Below, piece after piece: positions 1 to 9,508 of a DNA stretch of 58,131 bases. Numbering within the stretch: the stretch's first letter is position 1; each line of letters begins with the position of its first letter. Source of the DNA: a virus (taxonomy: Duplodnaviria > Caudoviricetes); IMG/VR virus record IMGVR_UViG_3300044630_002552, positions 1-58,131 of that record. One strand, given 5' to 3'. Both the position numbers and the translations under genes were made by a program. The notes beneath the pieces were generated by a model that did not search any database, was not told the origin of the DNA, and was given only the letters and a program-made list of their open reading frames with translations.

Positions 1-477
1 TCTGCGATGGATAGATTCTGTGAGAACTTTGAGAAACTCTCTGACAGTGTAAAGAAACGATTGACAATAGAGAATGATGATAAGGCATCTATGTACTCTG
101 TTGCAGATTTAATGTACATTCATCATAAGATTGGTATTCCAATTGTATTCGATTACCACCACCACCAATTTTGTACCGGTGATTTAACCGAACAACAAGC
201 TCTTATCCTTGCAGTATCTACTTGGAACAAATCAGGTGTAAAGCCAGAAGTTCACTATTCAGAATCAAAAGCTTTACATGAAAGTGATGCAAAAATAAAA
301 CCACAAGCACATTCAGATTATATTACAAACCTACCAGATACTTATAATATTGATGTAGATGTTATGGTAGAAGCAAAAGCTAAAGAATTAGCTATCCTAC
401 CTTTTATTAATGAATTAACAATTAAACATGTCTCCACTAGAAAGGATTTACGAACAAAAGTGTCATACTCCATCTGA
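1..477 (+). CDS. uvsE: UV DNA damage endonuclease (UvsE/UVDE), C-terminal part; 5' end lies outside the window
   Basis: Motifs LTIENDDK, IPIVFDYHHH, HYSES, QAHSDYI and DVMVEAKAKELA are typical of the UVDE TIM barrel; frame is open from position 1. Confidence 0.9.
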   Translation, partial: SAMDRFCENFEKLSDSVKKRLTIENDDKASMYSVADLMYIHHKIGIPIVFDYHHHQFCTGDLTEQQALILAVSTWNKSGVKPEVHYSESKALHESDAKIKPQAHSDYITNLPDTYNIDVDVMVEAKAKELAILPFINELTIKHVSTRKDLRTKVSYSI

Positions 478-988
478 TATTAACGAACATTTACCTACAT
501 TAAAAAAATATGCAGAAGAATGTGAGCATATTACCGAAATGGGAGTCCGTTGGGTAGTATCCACATTTGCGTTTATGATGGGTAATCCCAAAACTTTAAT
601 TTCATATGATTATAATGATGCACCCGGTATCAATGTTGCATACGAATTAGCAGAAATGCATGGGATTGATTTTAAGTTTGAGAGAGCCGATACTCGTGAT
701 TTAATAATCGAAGAAACTGATTTTTTATTCATAGATACATTACATCACTATGACCAATTAAAAATTGAATTGGAATTACATGGTAATAAAGCACGAAAGT
801 ATATTGCATTTCACGATACAACAACTTATGAATTTATTGGAGAAAGATATACAACGGGAGATGATTGGTTTGAAGAAGGTATGGGATTGTGGAAAGCAAT
901 TGAAGAGTTTTTAGAAGCAAATCCACACTGGGAATTGCACGAAAGATATACAAATAACAATGGTTTAACTATATTAAAGAGGAAATAA
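428..988 (+). CDS. Class I SAM-dependent methyltransferase-like protein
   Basis: TEMGVRWVVST motif-I-like stretch; DFLFIDTLHHY and IAFHDT resemble the Methyltransf_24-like family. Confidence 0.65.
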   Translation: MSPLERIYEQKCHTPSDINEHLPTLKKYAEECEHITEMGVRWVVSTFAFMMGNPKTLISYDYNDAPGINVAYELAEMHGIDFKFERADTRDLIIEETDFLFIDTLHHYDQLKIELELHGNKARKYIAFHDTTTYEFIGERYTTGDDWFEEGMGLWKAIEEFLEANPHWELHERYTNNNGLTILKRK

Positions 989-1980
989 TGAAAGTATTAA
1001 TTACAGGTGTAGCTGGATTATTAGGCAGTAGATTAGCAGATTACATCATAGAAAATGTACCAGAAGCAGAAGTAGTAGGTATTGATGATTTAAGTGGTGG
1101 ATATAAAGAAAATATTAATCCAAAGGTAACATTTTGGAATCAAGATATTGTCAATCACCCAATTGAAAATTGTTTTGAGGTATATAAGTTTGATTATGTA
1201 TTTCATTTAGCAGCTTATGCGGCCGAAGGATTATCACCGTTTATCAGAAAGTACAACTATGAAAACAATTTAGTTGCAACTGCTAAAATAGTAAATAATT
1301 GTATTAAATATAATGTTAAAAGATTGGTATTCACTTCTACTCTTGCAGTATATGGACATGGCGAAGGTGGTATCTTTGATGAGAACCAACAACAAGCACC
1401 AATTGACCCATATGGTGTGGCAAAATATGGTTGTGAAATGGATATACAAATTGCAGGAGAACAGCATGGTTTAGATTGGTGTATTATCCGACCACATAAT
1501 GTGTATGGTAGAAATCAAAACATTTGGGATAAGTACAGAAATGTTTTAGGTATTTGGATGTATCAGCACTTAAATGGTAAACCAATGACTATATTTGGTG
1601 ATGGAGAACAAACGAGAGCATTTAGTTGTATTGATGATATTGTTGAACCACTATGGAAATCTGCTATTTTACCAGAAGCATCAAATCAAATTATCAATTT
1701 AGGTGGTGTAGAGGAATTTACAATCAACGATGCGTGTAAAGTATTACAAAAAGTAATTGGTGGTGGTACAATCGAATATAAAGAAGGTAGACATGAAGTT
1801 AAACATGCCATTCCAACTTGGAAGAAATCGATTGATATATTGGGATTTGAACACAAAACCGAATTAGAAGATGGATTGAAGGATATGTGGGAGTGGGCTC
1901 AAAAACAACCTAAAAGAGAACAATTCGTTTGGGATTCGTATGAGATAGATAATGGTATTTACTCATTTTGGAAAAACTAA
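988..1980 (+). CDS. NAD-dependent nucleotide-sugar epimerase/dehydratase (extended SDR)
   Basis: LITGVAGLLG Rossmann motif, YGVAK (YxxxK), RPHNVYG, GDGEQTRAF. Confidence 0.92.
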   Translation: MKVLITGVAGLLGSRLADYIIENVPEAEVVGIDDLSGGYKENINPKVTFWNQDIVNHPIENCFEVYKFDYVFHLAAYAAEGLSPFIRKYNYENNLVATAKIVNNCIKYNVKRLVFTSTLAVYGHGEGGIFDENQQQAPIDPYGVAKYGCEMDIQIAGEQHGLDWCIIRPHNVYGRNQNIWDKYRNVLGIWMYQHLNGKPMTIFGDGEQTRAFSCIDDIVEPLWKSAILPEASNQIINLGGVEEFTINDACKVLQKVIGGGTIEYKEGRHEVKHAIPTWKKSIDILGFEHKTELEDGLKDMWEWAQKQPKREQFVWDSYEIDNGIYSFWKN

Positions 1981-1991
1981 AAAAAAAAATT

Positions 1992-2555
1992 ATGACATTT
2001 GCAGATTATTACAACAAACTAGAACCAAAAAGTGATAAAGGTACTTTACACGATTATATTGATGGTTATTATTCAAATGAATTTACTGATAAAAAAACAG
2101 AAAAATTAACTATTGTAGAAATTGGTGTAAGAAGGGGAGATTCTTTACAATTATTAAGTAATTGGTTTATAAATTCATCAATTTTTGGAATTGATAATGG
2201 ACATGAAATGAATGAAAATGATAAAGATTTTGTCAATACCATTCCAAATGTAACCATGTTATACGAAGATGCATATGATATTAATACTATTAATAAATTT
2301 GCTGATAATTCTTTAGATTATTTAATAGATGATGGTCCGCATACTTTAAATACCCAATTAATATCTATAAAAGAGTGGTTTAAAAAAATTAAATCAGGTG
2401 GAACTCTTATAATCGAAGATATACAAGATTGGGATAATGAAAAGAAATTTTTTGATAATGAATGTAATTTATTGGGAATATCATATGAATATATTGATTT
2501 GAGAAAAAATAAAGATAGGTATGATGATGTATTGATAATAATTAAAAAAATATAG
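1992..2555 (+). CDS. Class I SAM-dependent methyltransferase
   Basis: SDKGTLHDY, VEIGVRRGDS, DYLIDDGPH, GGTLIIEDI; ATG at 1992 preferred over the upstream alternative start. Confidence 0.8.
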   Translation: MTFADYYNKLEPKSDKGTLHDYIDGYYSNEFTDKKTEKLTIVEIGVRRGDSLQLLSNWFINSSIFGIDNGHEMNENDKDFVNTIPNVTMLYEDAYDINTINKFADNSLDYLIDDGPHTLNTQLISIKEWFKKIKSGGTLIIEDIQDWDNEKKFFDNECNLLGISYEYIDLRKNKDRYDDVLIIIKKI

Positions 2556-2558
2556 CAA

Positions 2559-3296
2559 ATGATTAAAAATCTAGTGTATTATTGTTATTTTGAAAATTCC
2601 GAAATAAATGAATTTGCAAATTATAATATTAATTTATTAAATCGCTATTTATCAACATTTAATGGACAAAGGATTATAAAAATTGCAGTAGATGATATGT
2701 CTAAAAATAATTCACATTTAATTGAATTATTTCCTAATTGTGATATTGAAATTGTACAAAACAATTCGGAAACAAGAGAATCGGAGTATTTTATTCAATC
2801 TTTAAAGGAAATTAAAAATAAAAATTCAATCACATTTTTTGGACATAATAAAGGTAGTAAAAGTGGTGGAAATGGAAATAATATAGTAAAAATTTGGTTA
2901 TTATCAATGTATTTTTTTAATTTAGAAGAACATTATTTATCTAATATTGAATACAATTTAACAAATGATAAAACATTTAGTGGTATAATGCAAATAACTG
3001 TACCATGTCCTCCTTGGGTTACAACTAATTGGCATTATAGTGGAACATTTTTTTGGTTTAATACAGAAAAATTATTTAGTATAGATGGGTGGGATAGTTT
3101 TGAAAAAGGAAGATTTTCAGTAGAAGGTTATCCTGGAAAAATGGTAGATGTATCAAAATCACACGTTACATTATGTAGCGAAAGCTATAATTGGAACTCA
3201 TATATGCCAACCATATGGAAAAAATATATAACAAAAGAAACAATAGGTGATAAACAATTAAATAAATATTTAGATTTACATAACAATATATTATAA
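2559..3296 (+). CDS. Hypothetical protein of the glycan-modification cluster (possible glycosyltransferase-like fold)
   Basis: 245-aa ORF with FFGHNKG and WHYSGTFFWF motifs; flanked by methyltransferase and GT2 genes. Confidence 0.45.
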   Translation: MIKNLVYYCYFENSEINEFANYNINLLNRYLSTFNGQRIIKIAVDDMSKNNSHLIELFPNCDIEIVQNNSETRESEYFIQSLKEIKNKNSITFFGHNKGSKSGGNGNNIVKIWLLSMYFFNLEEHYLSNIEYNLTNDKTFSGIMQITVPCPPWVTTNWHYSGTFFWFNTEKLFSIDGWDSFEKGRFSVEGYPGKMVDVSKSHVTLCSESYNWNSYMPTIWKKYITKETIGDKQLNKYLDLHNNIL

Positions 3297-3934
3297 TGTA
3301 TTCAGTTATTATACCCACTCTATGGAAGTGTGATAGATTAAAAGAAACACTTAAAGAATTAGATTCTCACCCATTAATTGGTGAGATTCTTTTGTTTGAT
3401 AATACTACAAACAAAACACCGATTACGGATTTACCAAAATTAAAACATATTTTGGAAGGTAGAAATACATATGTAACTGCTCCTTGGAATAAAGGTGCAG
3501 CTATGGCACAATATGATAAGTTGTTGGTTCTAAACGATGATAATTGGATGGATTGGAATATATTGTATTCTTTAAGTGATTTTATTACAGAAGAGGTAGG
3601 TTTGATTGGTATGGATGAAAAAAACCATCATATGGCCGAAACTAACTATGAAATTGGATTAGAACCAATAGAACATCGTAATGGTGGATATGGTTGTGTA
3701 TTATTTGTACATAAAAATAGTTGGATTCCAATACCAGAAGAAATGATGATTTGGGGACAAGATGATTGGTTATTTGTTAAAAACAGAAACTATGGTAAGC
3801 AAAACTACAAATTAGTAAATTTCAAAGTAAATGGTTCAGTATCATTAACACATGAGGCACTTGCAAATGATGATGAAATCAACAAAATTAAACAAAACGA
3901 TTTAAAATTAAAAGAAAAATATAAATTATTTTAG
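3296..3934 (+). CDS. Glycosyltransferase family 2-like (GT-A fold)
   Basis: SVIIPT, EILLFDN, WNKGA, LVLNDD, WGQDDW. Confidence 0.8.
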   Translation: MYSVIIPTLWKCDRLKETLKELDSHPLIGEILLFDNTTNKTPITDLPKLKHILEGRNTYVTAPWNKGAAMAQYDKLLVLNDDNWMDWNILYSLSDFITEEVGLIGMDEKNHHMAETNYEIGLEPIEHRNGGYGCVLFVHKNSWIPIPEEMMIWGQDDWLFVKNRNYGKQNYKLVNFKVNGSVSLTHEALANDDEINKIKQNDLKLKEKYKLF

Positions 3935-3936
3935 TT

Positions 3937-4584
3937 ATGTATTTACCTATACCCTATAAGATTACATATGATGTACAAAAATATCCATTTAGGAACATCG
4001 TATCCAAAATACTAGAAACAAATGGTGAAAGTTTGGAGAATTTACACAAAATACAACATTACGATTTATTGAGTAGAGAAAAAGACCAATCTACCATCTG
4101 GCACAAGCGATATTATGAAAAGTTTCAAAATGAGTTTTTACCAACTTATTTAGAATTAGTTAAAGAACTAAAAGAACGTTTTGAATATGAAGAAGTAATT
4201 TATCAATCAATTCCATCATTTAGAGTTCAGTTAGCAGATGGAAATTTGGGTGTGGGTGAATGGCATAAAGATAAAACATACAATCATGGAGCAAGTGAGG
4301 TAAATTTTTGGCTACCATTTACAGATGCTTGGACTAATAACACCATTTGGATGGAAAGTAAAGAGGATAAAGGTGATTATAAACCATATTATGTAAGATA
4401 TGGTGAAATATTGATATTCAATGGTGCAAATCTAATGCATGGTAATAAAAACAATGATACTGATTCAACAAGAGTTTCTGTTGATTTTAGATTGGTAGAC
4501 CCACAAAAATTTGTACCAAACGAAGCTGGTTCTATAAATATGAACTCAAAATTCGATATTGGTGGGTATTTTAATAAAATATAG
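3937..4584 (+). CDS. 2OG-Fe(II) oxygenase-like protein (StrG-like)
   Basis: HxD...H triad (WHKD...MHGN), VNFWLPFT, TRVSVDFR. Confidence 0.65.
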   Translation: MYLPIPYKITYDVQKYPFRNIVSKILETNGESLENLHKIQHYDLLSREKDQSTIWHKRYYEKFQNEFLPTYLELVKELKERFEYEEVIYQSIPSFRVQLADGNLGVGEWHKDKTYNHGASEVNFWLPFTDAWTNNTIWMESKEDKGDYKPYYVRYGEILIFNGANLMHGNKNNDTDSTRVSVDFRLVDPQKFVPNEAGSINMNSKFDIGGYFNKI

Positions 4585-4591
4585 TTAATTA

Positions 4592-4623
4592 TTTGGTAAA
4601 ATCATTTAAAAGTTGTATATTTG
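4592..4623 (+). promoter_or_regulatory. Bacteroidetes-type sigma-A promoter upstream of def
   Basis: TTTG (4592-4595), 20-nt spacer, TATATTTG (4616-4623); matches the -33 TTTG / -7 TAnnTTTG consensus. Confidence 0.7.
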
Positions 4624-4648
4624 TAAAAGTAAATAAAAAATAAAAGAA

Positions 4649-5266
4649 ATGAAATTAGTAACCGATATTCATGCGTTAAAACAACCAATCCCTAATACCA
4701 AATTTAGTAAGATTGAAGAAGAGTTAGCATCTGCTGCACTTTTAACTGCTATTGCAGAACATAAGTGTTTGGGTATGAGTGCAAATCAAATTGGGTTAAA
4801 TAAAAGAATTTGTGTAATCAATGTAAGAGAAGAACCTATGATTTTAGTAAATCCTACTATCGTTAAAAGTAGTGAGGATACTTTAATTTATTTAGAAGGT
4901 TGTTTATCTATTCCAAAGACATTAGAAAAACCATTAAAAACAATTCGTAACTATGAGGTTACAATCAAAGCTGATAACTATTCAGAAGAGTTACACTTTG
5001 GTACATCTCGTAGAGAATACAAAGATGGGTATGAGTTAATGGATGATGTTGATTTGTTAGAATCAGTTTGTGTTCAACATGAGATTGACCACTTAAATGG
5101 TTTAACTATTCGTGATAGACAATATACCACTACCATTCAAAAAACTTCTTACGAAACTTTAGGTAGAAATGAAAAATTAATGTTAAAATCTCCACAAGGT
5201 AAAACTGAAATGATTAAAAAGAAGAAAGTTCAGGAATACCTACAAATGGGATATGAAGTAATTTAA
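4649..5266 (+). CDS. def: Peptide deformylase
   Basis: Three PDF motifs: LGMSANQIG, EGCLS, QHEIDHLNG. Confidence 0.95.
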   Translation: MKLVTDIHALKQPIPNTKFSKIEEELASAALLTAIAEHKCLGMSANQIGLNKRICVINVREEPMILVNPTIVKSSEDTLIYLEGCLSIPKTLEKPLKTIRNYEVTIKADNYSEELHFGTSRREYKDGYELMDDVDLLESVCVQHEIDHLNGLTIRDRQYTTTIQKTSYETLGRNEKLMLKSPQGKTEMIKKKKVQEYLQMGYEVI

Positions 5267-5267
5267 T

Positions 5268-5540
5268 ATGATAGTAACAATATTTATAATATCCTCACTC
5301 TTTATTGGTTCTTTATATGTGAATTATAATCTATTTCGCAAATTAGAAGTATTGGAAGATGAGATTGAAAACAACTTAACTATATTCAAAGGAATTTATA
5401 ATACAATGAAAGAAATAGATTCCACCGGCGCATTTCAATCAGATGATGAAGTGGGTTCTGTATTTGCAGATTTAAAGGAAATAGTAGAAAAAAACGAACA
5501 ACTATTAAATTCGGAGTTTGGTAAAAAAGAGGAGGAATAG
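5268..5540 (+). CDS. Hypothetical protein with N-terminal transmembrane helix
   Basis: Hydrophobic N-terminus followed by a coiled-coil-like stretch; stop overlaps the start of the next gene. Confidence 0.6.
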   Translation: MIVTIFIISSLFIGSLYVNYNLFRKLEVLEDEIENNLTIFKGIYNTMKEIDSTGAFQSDDEVGSVFADLKEIVEKNEQLLNSEFGKKEEE

Positions 5541-6268
5541 TGGGAAGGAAGAAAAAAGATACCCGTTACTTTACGGAAGAAACCGAAGCTGCTATTATAG
5601 CGTATAATAACTCATCAAGCGAAAGAGAACGAAACTTATTGTTTAGAGACCACATCTACTATTCTTTTTATAAGTTAGCGGAAAATGTTTTAAATACTTG
5701 GAAATTTACTTACTTTGATGATGATAAAGAAGATACGAAACAAGAAGTTATTTCTTTCTTATTGGAAAAAATACACAAATACCAACAAGATAAAGGAAAA
5801 GCATTCTCATACTTTACGATTGCAGTTAGAAACTATTTAATCTTAAATAACAACTCAAACTACAAACGATATAAAAGTACATCAAAGATTTCAGAGATGC
5901 CAGAGAATTGGAATCCTGAAAATGATTTTAAAGAAACACAACATAATGAAGAGTTCAAAATATTTAACAATAGAATGCTTCAATATTGGGATGAGAATCT
6001 AAATCGTATTTTTACAAAGAAAAGAGATATTCAAATTGCAGATTCTATTTTAGAGTTATTTCGTAGAGCAGAGTATATAGAAAGTTTCAATAAGAAGTCT
6101 TTATATCTTTTGGTAAGAGAAATGACAGGTCATAAAACACACTACATTACGAAGGTTGTGGCTAAAATGAAAGAAACACAAGTTAAGTTGTATGACCAGT
6201 TTTTAGATGATGGTGATATAATGGATGATGTAAATGACCCCTTTTGGGCAAAAACAATTAAAAGATAG
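5540..6268 (+). CDS. Phage late-transcription sigma factor (T4 gp55-like)
   Basis: Sigma region-2-like KLAEN...KAFSYFTIAVRNY; GTG start with AGGAGG at 5530-5535; sits at the head of the structural region. Confidence 0.7.
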   Translation: MGRKKKDTRYFTEETEAAIIAYNNSSSERERNLLFRDHIYYSFYKLAENVLNTWKFTYFDDDKEDTKQEVISFLLEKIHKYQQDKGKAFSYFTIAVRNYLILNNNSNYKRYKSTSKISEMPENWNPENDFKETQHNEEFKIFNNRMLQYWDENLNRIFTKKRDIQIADSILELFRRAEYIESFNKKSLYLLVREMTGHKTHYITKVVAKMKETQVKLYDQFLDDGDIMDDVNDPFWAKTIKR

Positions 6269-6270
6269 TT

Positions 6271-6298
6271 AGAAGGTGGTCTTGTACCACCTTTTTTC
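6271..6298 (+). terminator. Intrinsic terminator after the sigma factor gene
   Basis: AAGGTGGT-cttgt-ACCACCTT hairpin followed by T-run. Confidence 0.8.
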
Positions 6299-6306
6299 TA
6301 TGTATA

Positions 6307-6315
6307 ATATTTATA
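6307..6315 (+). promoter_or_regulatory. Putative late promoter motif ATATTTATA
   Basis: Same motif recurs in most intergenic gaps upstream of structural genes. Confidence 0.6.
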
Positions 6316-6332
6316 CTAAACAAAGAGTTATT

Positions 6333-6749
6333 ATGGGTAATATTGATATGGATTTTGAAATCTTTAAGGGAAAATCTTTTTCTTCCCTATTAAAAGATAT
6401 ATACGAAAACCAACAAGGTAAAAAGAAAAACATTTCAGGTCTTATTGAGGAACTACGAAAACTAATTCGTAACCCACAGGATGCTATACAACTAACACCA
6501 ATGATTACGCAGTTAATAAATGCGTCAATTAGTAACGATGACCATTTGGTTAAAATGGCTACGATTGCTCAAAGATTGATTCTTGCGGAAGGTAAGAGTA
6601 ATGGTGAAGATGGTTGGTTAAGTGATGAGGATAGAAAGCAGTTAATGGAAGAAATTGAAGATACTGCAACAAAGATTGAGCAAAAGACTGATGATAAGTT
6701 AGAAGAAATAGAACAAGAATTAGAACAATTAAGACAGGGGATTAAATAA
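6333..6749 (+). CDS. Hypothetical phage protein (helical)
   Basis: ATG at 6333 lies downstream of the terminator and promoter motif; the computed 6276 GTG start is inside the terminator hairpin. Confidence 0.7.
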   Translation: MGNIDMDFEIFKGKSFSSLLKDIYENQQGKKKNISGLIEELRKLIRNPQDAIQLTPMITQLINASISNDDHLVKMATIAQRLILAEGKSNGEDGWLSDEDRKQLMEEIEDTATKIEQKTDDKLEEIEQELEQLRQGIK

Positions 6750-8039
6750 ATGGCTGGGTTTGATTATCACAGAGGACATACCTCAACATCATCTGTAACA
6801 TCTTATGGAAAAACGCATACTGAAAAGGCTGCTATTGTTCATAGTGTCATTACATCGTTTGATGATATTGATGATAATACCCTAAATCCAATAAATAAAG
6901 CATACGAAGAGTACCAATCGGATGATTATGTTACAAAAAATGCAAACATATATGGTGGTATTAAATTTAAATTTCCATCGGGTGCTGAATTAAATGAAAA
7001 CAATTTACCAGTTGCTATACCATTAAACAAAAACAATTTATTGGTACCTGTAATTGGTGAGATGGTATTTGTTCAGCAAATATCTGGTATATGGTATTAT
7101 ACACTTACAAATTATAGTAACTCTGTTAATTTTAACACAAATCCATCTTTATTATCTCTTACAAAAAAAAATTCAAATGAAAATGATAGTTCTCAAACAC
7201 AAGCATCACAAGTAAACGAAGTTGCAGCTACGGGTATTTCAAACTCAAATGAATCAAATGGTGCAATTAAAAAAACCATAAGAAAAGGATTTCAGGGCGA
7301 TTATTTTAAGAGAGATTTAAAAATACATCAATTATCTTTAAGAGAAGGTGATAATGTTATACAAGGTAGATTTGGAAACTCAATTCGTTTGAGTGGATAT
7401 TTACACGATGATAAAACAAATGGAATTTTTGACCCGGCTGTTATAATTCGTAATGGAGAATCGATTGATAATATGTCTAAAAAGATATATGATATAGTTG
7501 ATGAAGATATTAATGAAGATGGAACATCATTACATATAACAAGTGGAAAATATGTTACAAAATATAAACCAGTAGTAAATTATTCAAAATCATCTCACAA
7601 ATTTCCAAGTGAAGCGAAGGGAGACCAAATCGTAATAAATTCCGATAGAGTAACAATATCTTCAAAGGCAGAAGATTTATATTTGTTTTCTAAAAAGAAA
7701 CTTTCTATATTTGCAAATGATGTAGTTAGTATAGATACTGATTCTATTGATTTTACTACACATAATGGTGATATGTATTTTACTGCAAAAAATAGAAATG
7801 ATATGGTGTTTGAGGTTGAGAATGGTAAAATTATGTTAGGTGGTGGTAGTGTAAATCAACAAATGGTATTGGGTAATAAATTTACAAATTTAATTGCACA
7901 ACTTATAGATGCTATAAATCAAATGCAAATAGCAACTCCATCAGGTCCGTCTGCCCCTGGTCCTATAAATAGACAGGCATTTACCGAAATAGGTAATCAG
8001 TTAAAGGATTGTCTTTCTAAAACAAATTATCTTATATAA
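6750..8039 (+). CDS. Baseplate hub/central spike-like protein (gp5-like)
   Basis: PVIGEMVFV OB-fold-like stretch, EGDNVIQGRFGNSIRL, beta-rich C-terminus; upstream of gp25 and gp6. Confidence 0.55.
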   Translation: MAGFDYHRGHTSTSSVTSYGKTHTEKAAIVHSVITSFDDIDDNTLNPINKAYEEYQSDDYVTKNANIYGGIKFKFPSGAELNENNLPVAIPLNKNNLLVPVIGEMVFVQQISGIWYYTLTNYSNSVNFNTNPSLLSLTKKNSNENDSSQTQASQVNEVAATGISNSNESNGAIKKTIRKGFQGDYFKRDLKIHQLSLREGDNVIQGRFGNSIRLSGYLHDDKTNGIFDPAVIIRNGESIDNMSKKIYDIVDEDINEDGTSLHITSGKYVTKYKPVVNYSKSSHKFPSEAKGDQIVINSDRVTISSKAEDLYLFSKKKLSIFANDVVSIDTDSIDFTTHNGDMYFTAKNRNDMVFEVENGKIMLGGGSVNQQMVLGNKFTNLIAQLIDAINQMQIATPSGPSAPGPINRQAFTEIGNQLKDCLSKTNYLI

Positions 8040-8602
8040 TGTCTTGGACTATTTTTAAATTAGAATTGGCATCCAAAATGGAAAACCCAAATTGGGATTC
8101 CGTTGAAGATTATGCCGATTTCTTTGTAAAAAAATATGATGAATGTGTTAAGCGTGGCTTTGATATAATTACAAAAAACACAGCAATAAAAGGTAATACT
8201 GAATTAATGAAATCTACTTTAATATTAGCTTTAATGCAAGGTACTAATTCAAAAAGTGAAGATTTCTATAACCAATCGCTTGCATTATATGGTAAAGCAA
8301 TAATTTCGTATTGGGTTGGTGTTGAATTGGGAAAAATACCACCACTAATACCAGCACCAGGTACTATACTAAATCTATCAGTTGTTTCTAATACTGTAAT
8401 AAATCCTGGCGTTTGGATAGAAACCCCAATACCAATTTTACCGTCTACAACTATAAATACATTTTTAGAAATTATTGTATTAGCTGCAAAAATACATTTA
8501 ACAACAATTGGTGGCATATGTAATACAATATCACAATATCCACCCACCGCTCCTCCTGGACCAGGTATTTTGACTTGGCAAGGATACACTATAATAGAAT
8601 AA
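8039..8602 (+). CDS. Hypothetical baseplate-region protein
   Basis: 187-aa ORF, TAATG-coupled to the previous gene, Pro-rich C-terminus. Confidence 0.6.
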   Translation: MSWTIFKLELASKMENPNWDSVEDYADFFVKKYDECVKRGFDIITKNTAIKGNTELMKSTLILALMQGTNSKSEDFYNQSLALYGKAIISYWVGVELGKIPPLIPAPGTILNLSVVSNTVINPGVWIETPIPILPSTTINTFLEIIVLAAKIHLTTIGGICNTISQYPPTAPPGPGILTWQGYTIIE

Positions 8603-8620
8603 CCAAAAAACATATAACAT

Positions 8621-8629
8621 ATATTTATA
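8621..8629 (+). promoter_or_regulatory. Putative late promoter motif ATATTTATA
   Basis: Recurrent intergenic motif. Confidence 0.6.
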
Positions 8630-8650
8630 TAAGATAAACTACAATTTATT

Positions 8651-9085
8651 ATGAATCAAACAGAATTAATTAAAGGTTTAGTTAAGGTTTTAAGAGAAGA
8701 TATGAAAAAAACTCTTAAAGAAGAAATCCGCAAAGCGGTACGTGAGGTGTTAAACGAAGAATTGGAAACACCATCTAAACCACAAATAAAAGAAAATTAC
8801 CAAGCAGTATCAAAGGATGATGGAAGTTGGGGAGAAATGAGATTTGATAAAAGAAGTGCAAATCCACATACTCCAAGAATTACACCTGATATGTTAGGAT
8901 ATGGTGATAACTCATTTGGTGAGGAATCAAATATGGCAGACCAATTTGGTGCTTCCGCAGGTGGACCATCGGTATTAGAGCAAGCAAGAATGATGGCACA
9001 TAAGAATCCAGAGGGAGTTGATGTGTTGATGAAAGCAATGACAAGAGATTACTCACAATTAGTTAAGAAGTTTAATAAGAAATAA
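8651..9085 (+). CDS. Hypothetical phage protein
   Basis: 144-aa ORF with IRKAVREVLNE motif; stop overlaps the gp25 start. Confidence 0.6.
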   Translation: MNQTELIKGLVKVLREDMKKTLKEEIRKAVREVLNEELETPSKPQIKENYQAVSKDDGSWGEMRFDKRSANPHTPRITPDMLGYGDNSFGEESNMADQFGASAGGPSVLEQARMMAHKNPEGVDVLMKAMTRDYSQLVKKFNKK

Positions 9086-9507
9086 TGGCATACGTTATAC
9101 AGAAACCATTAATTATAGATACCCAAGACAAAAGTGTTGGTGTATCTCTTCCATTTACTGTTGGAAATAATGGATTCTTTGCTGTTACATATACCACAAA
9201 AGAACAAATAAAATCAGACCTTAAAAATTTGATTTTAACTAATAGAGGAGAAAGATTGGGAATACCAGATTTTGGATGTGATTTAAGAAAGGTTATATTT
9301 GAACAAGATGGACAAGATGCTTATGCATATATACAAGCCGAAATACAAGATTCAATTTCAACTTGGCTACCCTTTATAACAATAAATGGTATTAACATAT
9401 CATCTAATGATGCATCAAAAGATAATAATAGAATAGATATTCAATTGGATTATACCTTATCATTTGCTGGTAACAATTCAAGAGACTCATTAAATATAAC
9501 AGTATAA
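9085..9507 (+). CDS. Baseplate wedge subunit gp25-like
   Basis: QIKSDLKNLILTNRGERLGIPDFGCDL...IFE...WLPFI is the gp25/GPW signature. Confidence 0.9.
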   Translation: MAYVIQKPLIIDTQDKSVGVSLPFTVGNNGFFAVTYTTKEQIKSDLKNLILTNRGERLGIPDFGCDLRKVIFEQDGQDAYAYIQAEIQDSISTWLPFITINGINISSNDASKDNNRIDIQLDYTLSFAGNNSRDSLNITV

Positions 9508-9508
9508 T

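Noticed and set aside
5280-5288. ATATTTATA copy inside CDS 5268-5540
   Set aside because: A few chance matches are expected in such AT-rich DNA; only intergenic copies were counted
6276-6332. Computed upstream starts at 6276 (also 1968, 35272, 44427, 49349, 51064, 51598, 52672, 57741)
   Set aside because: They are non-ATG starts that mostly overlap terminators or upstream genes; nearby downstream ATGs fit coupling and shared leaders better
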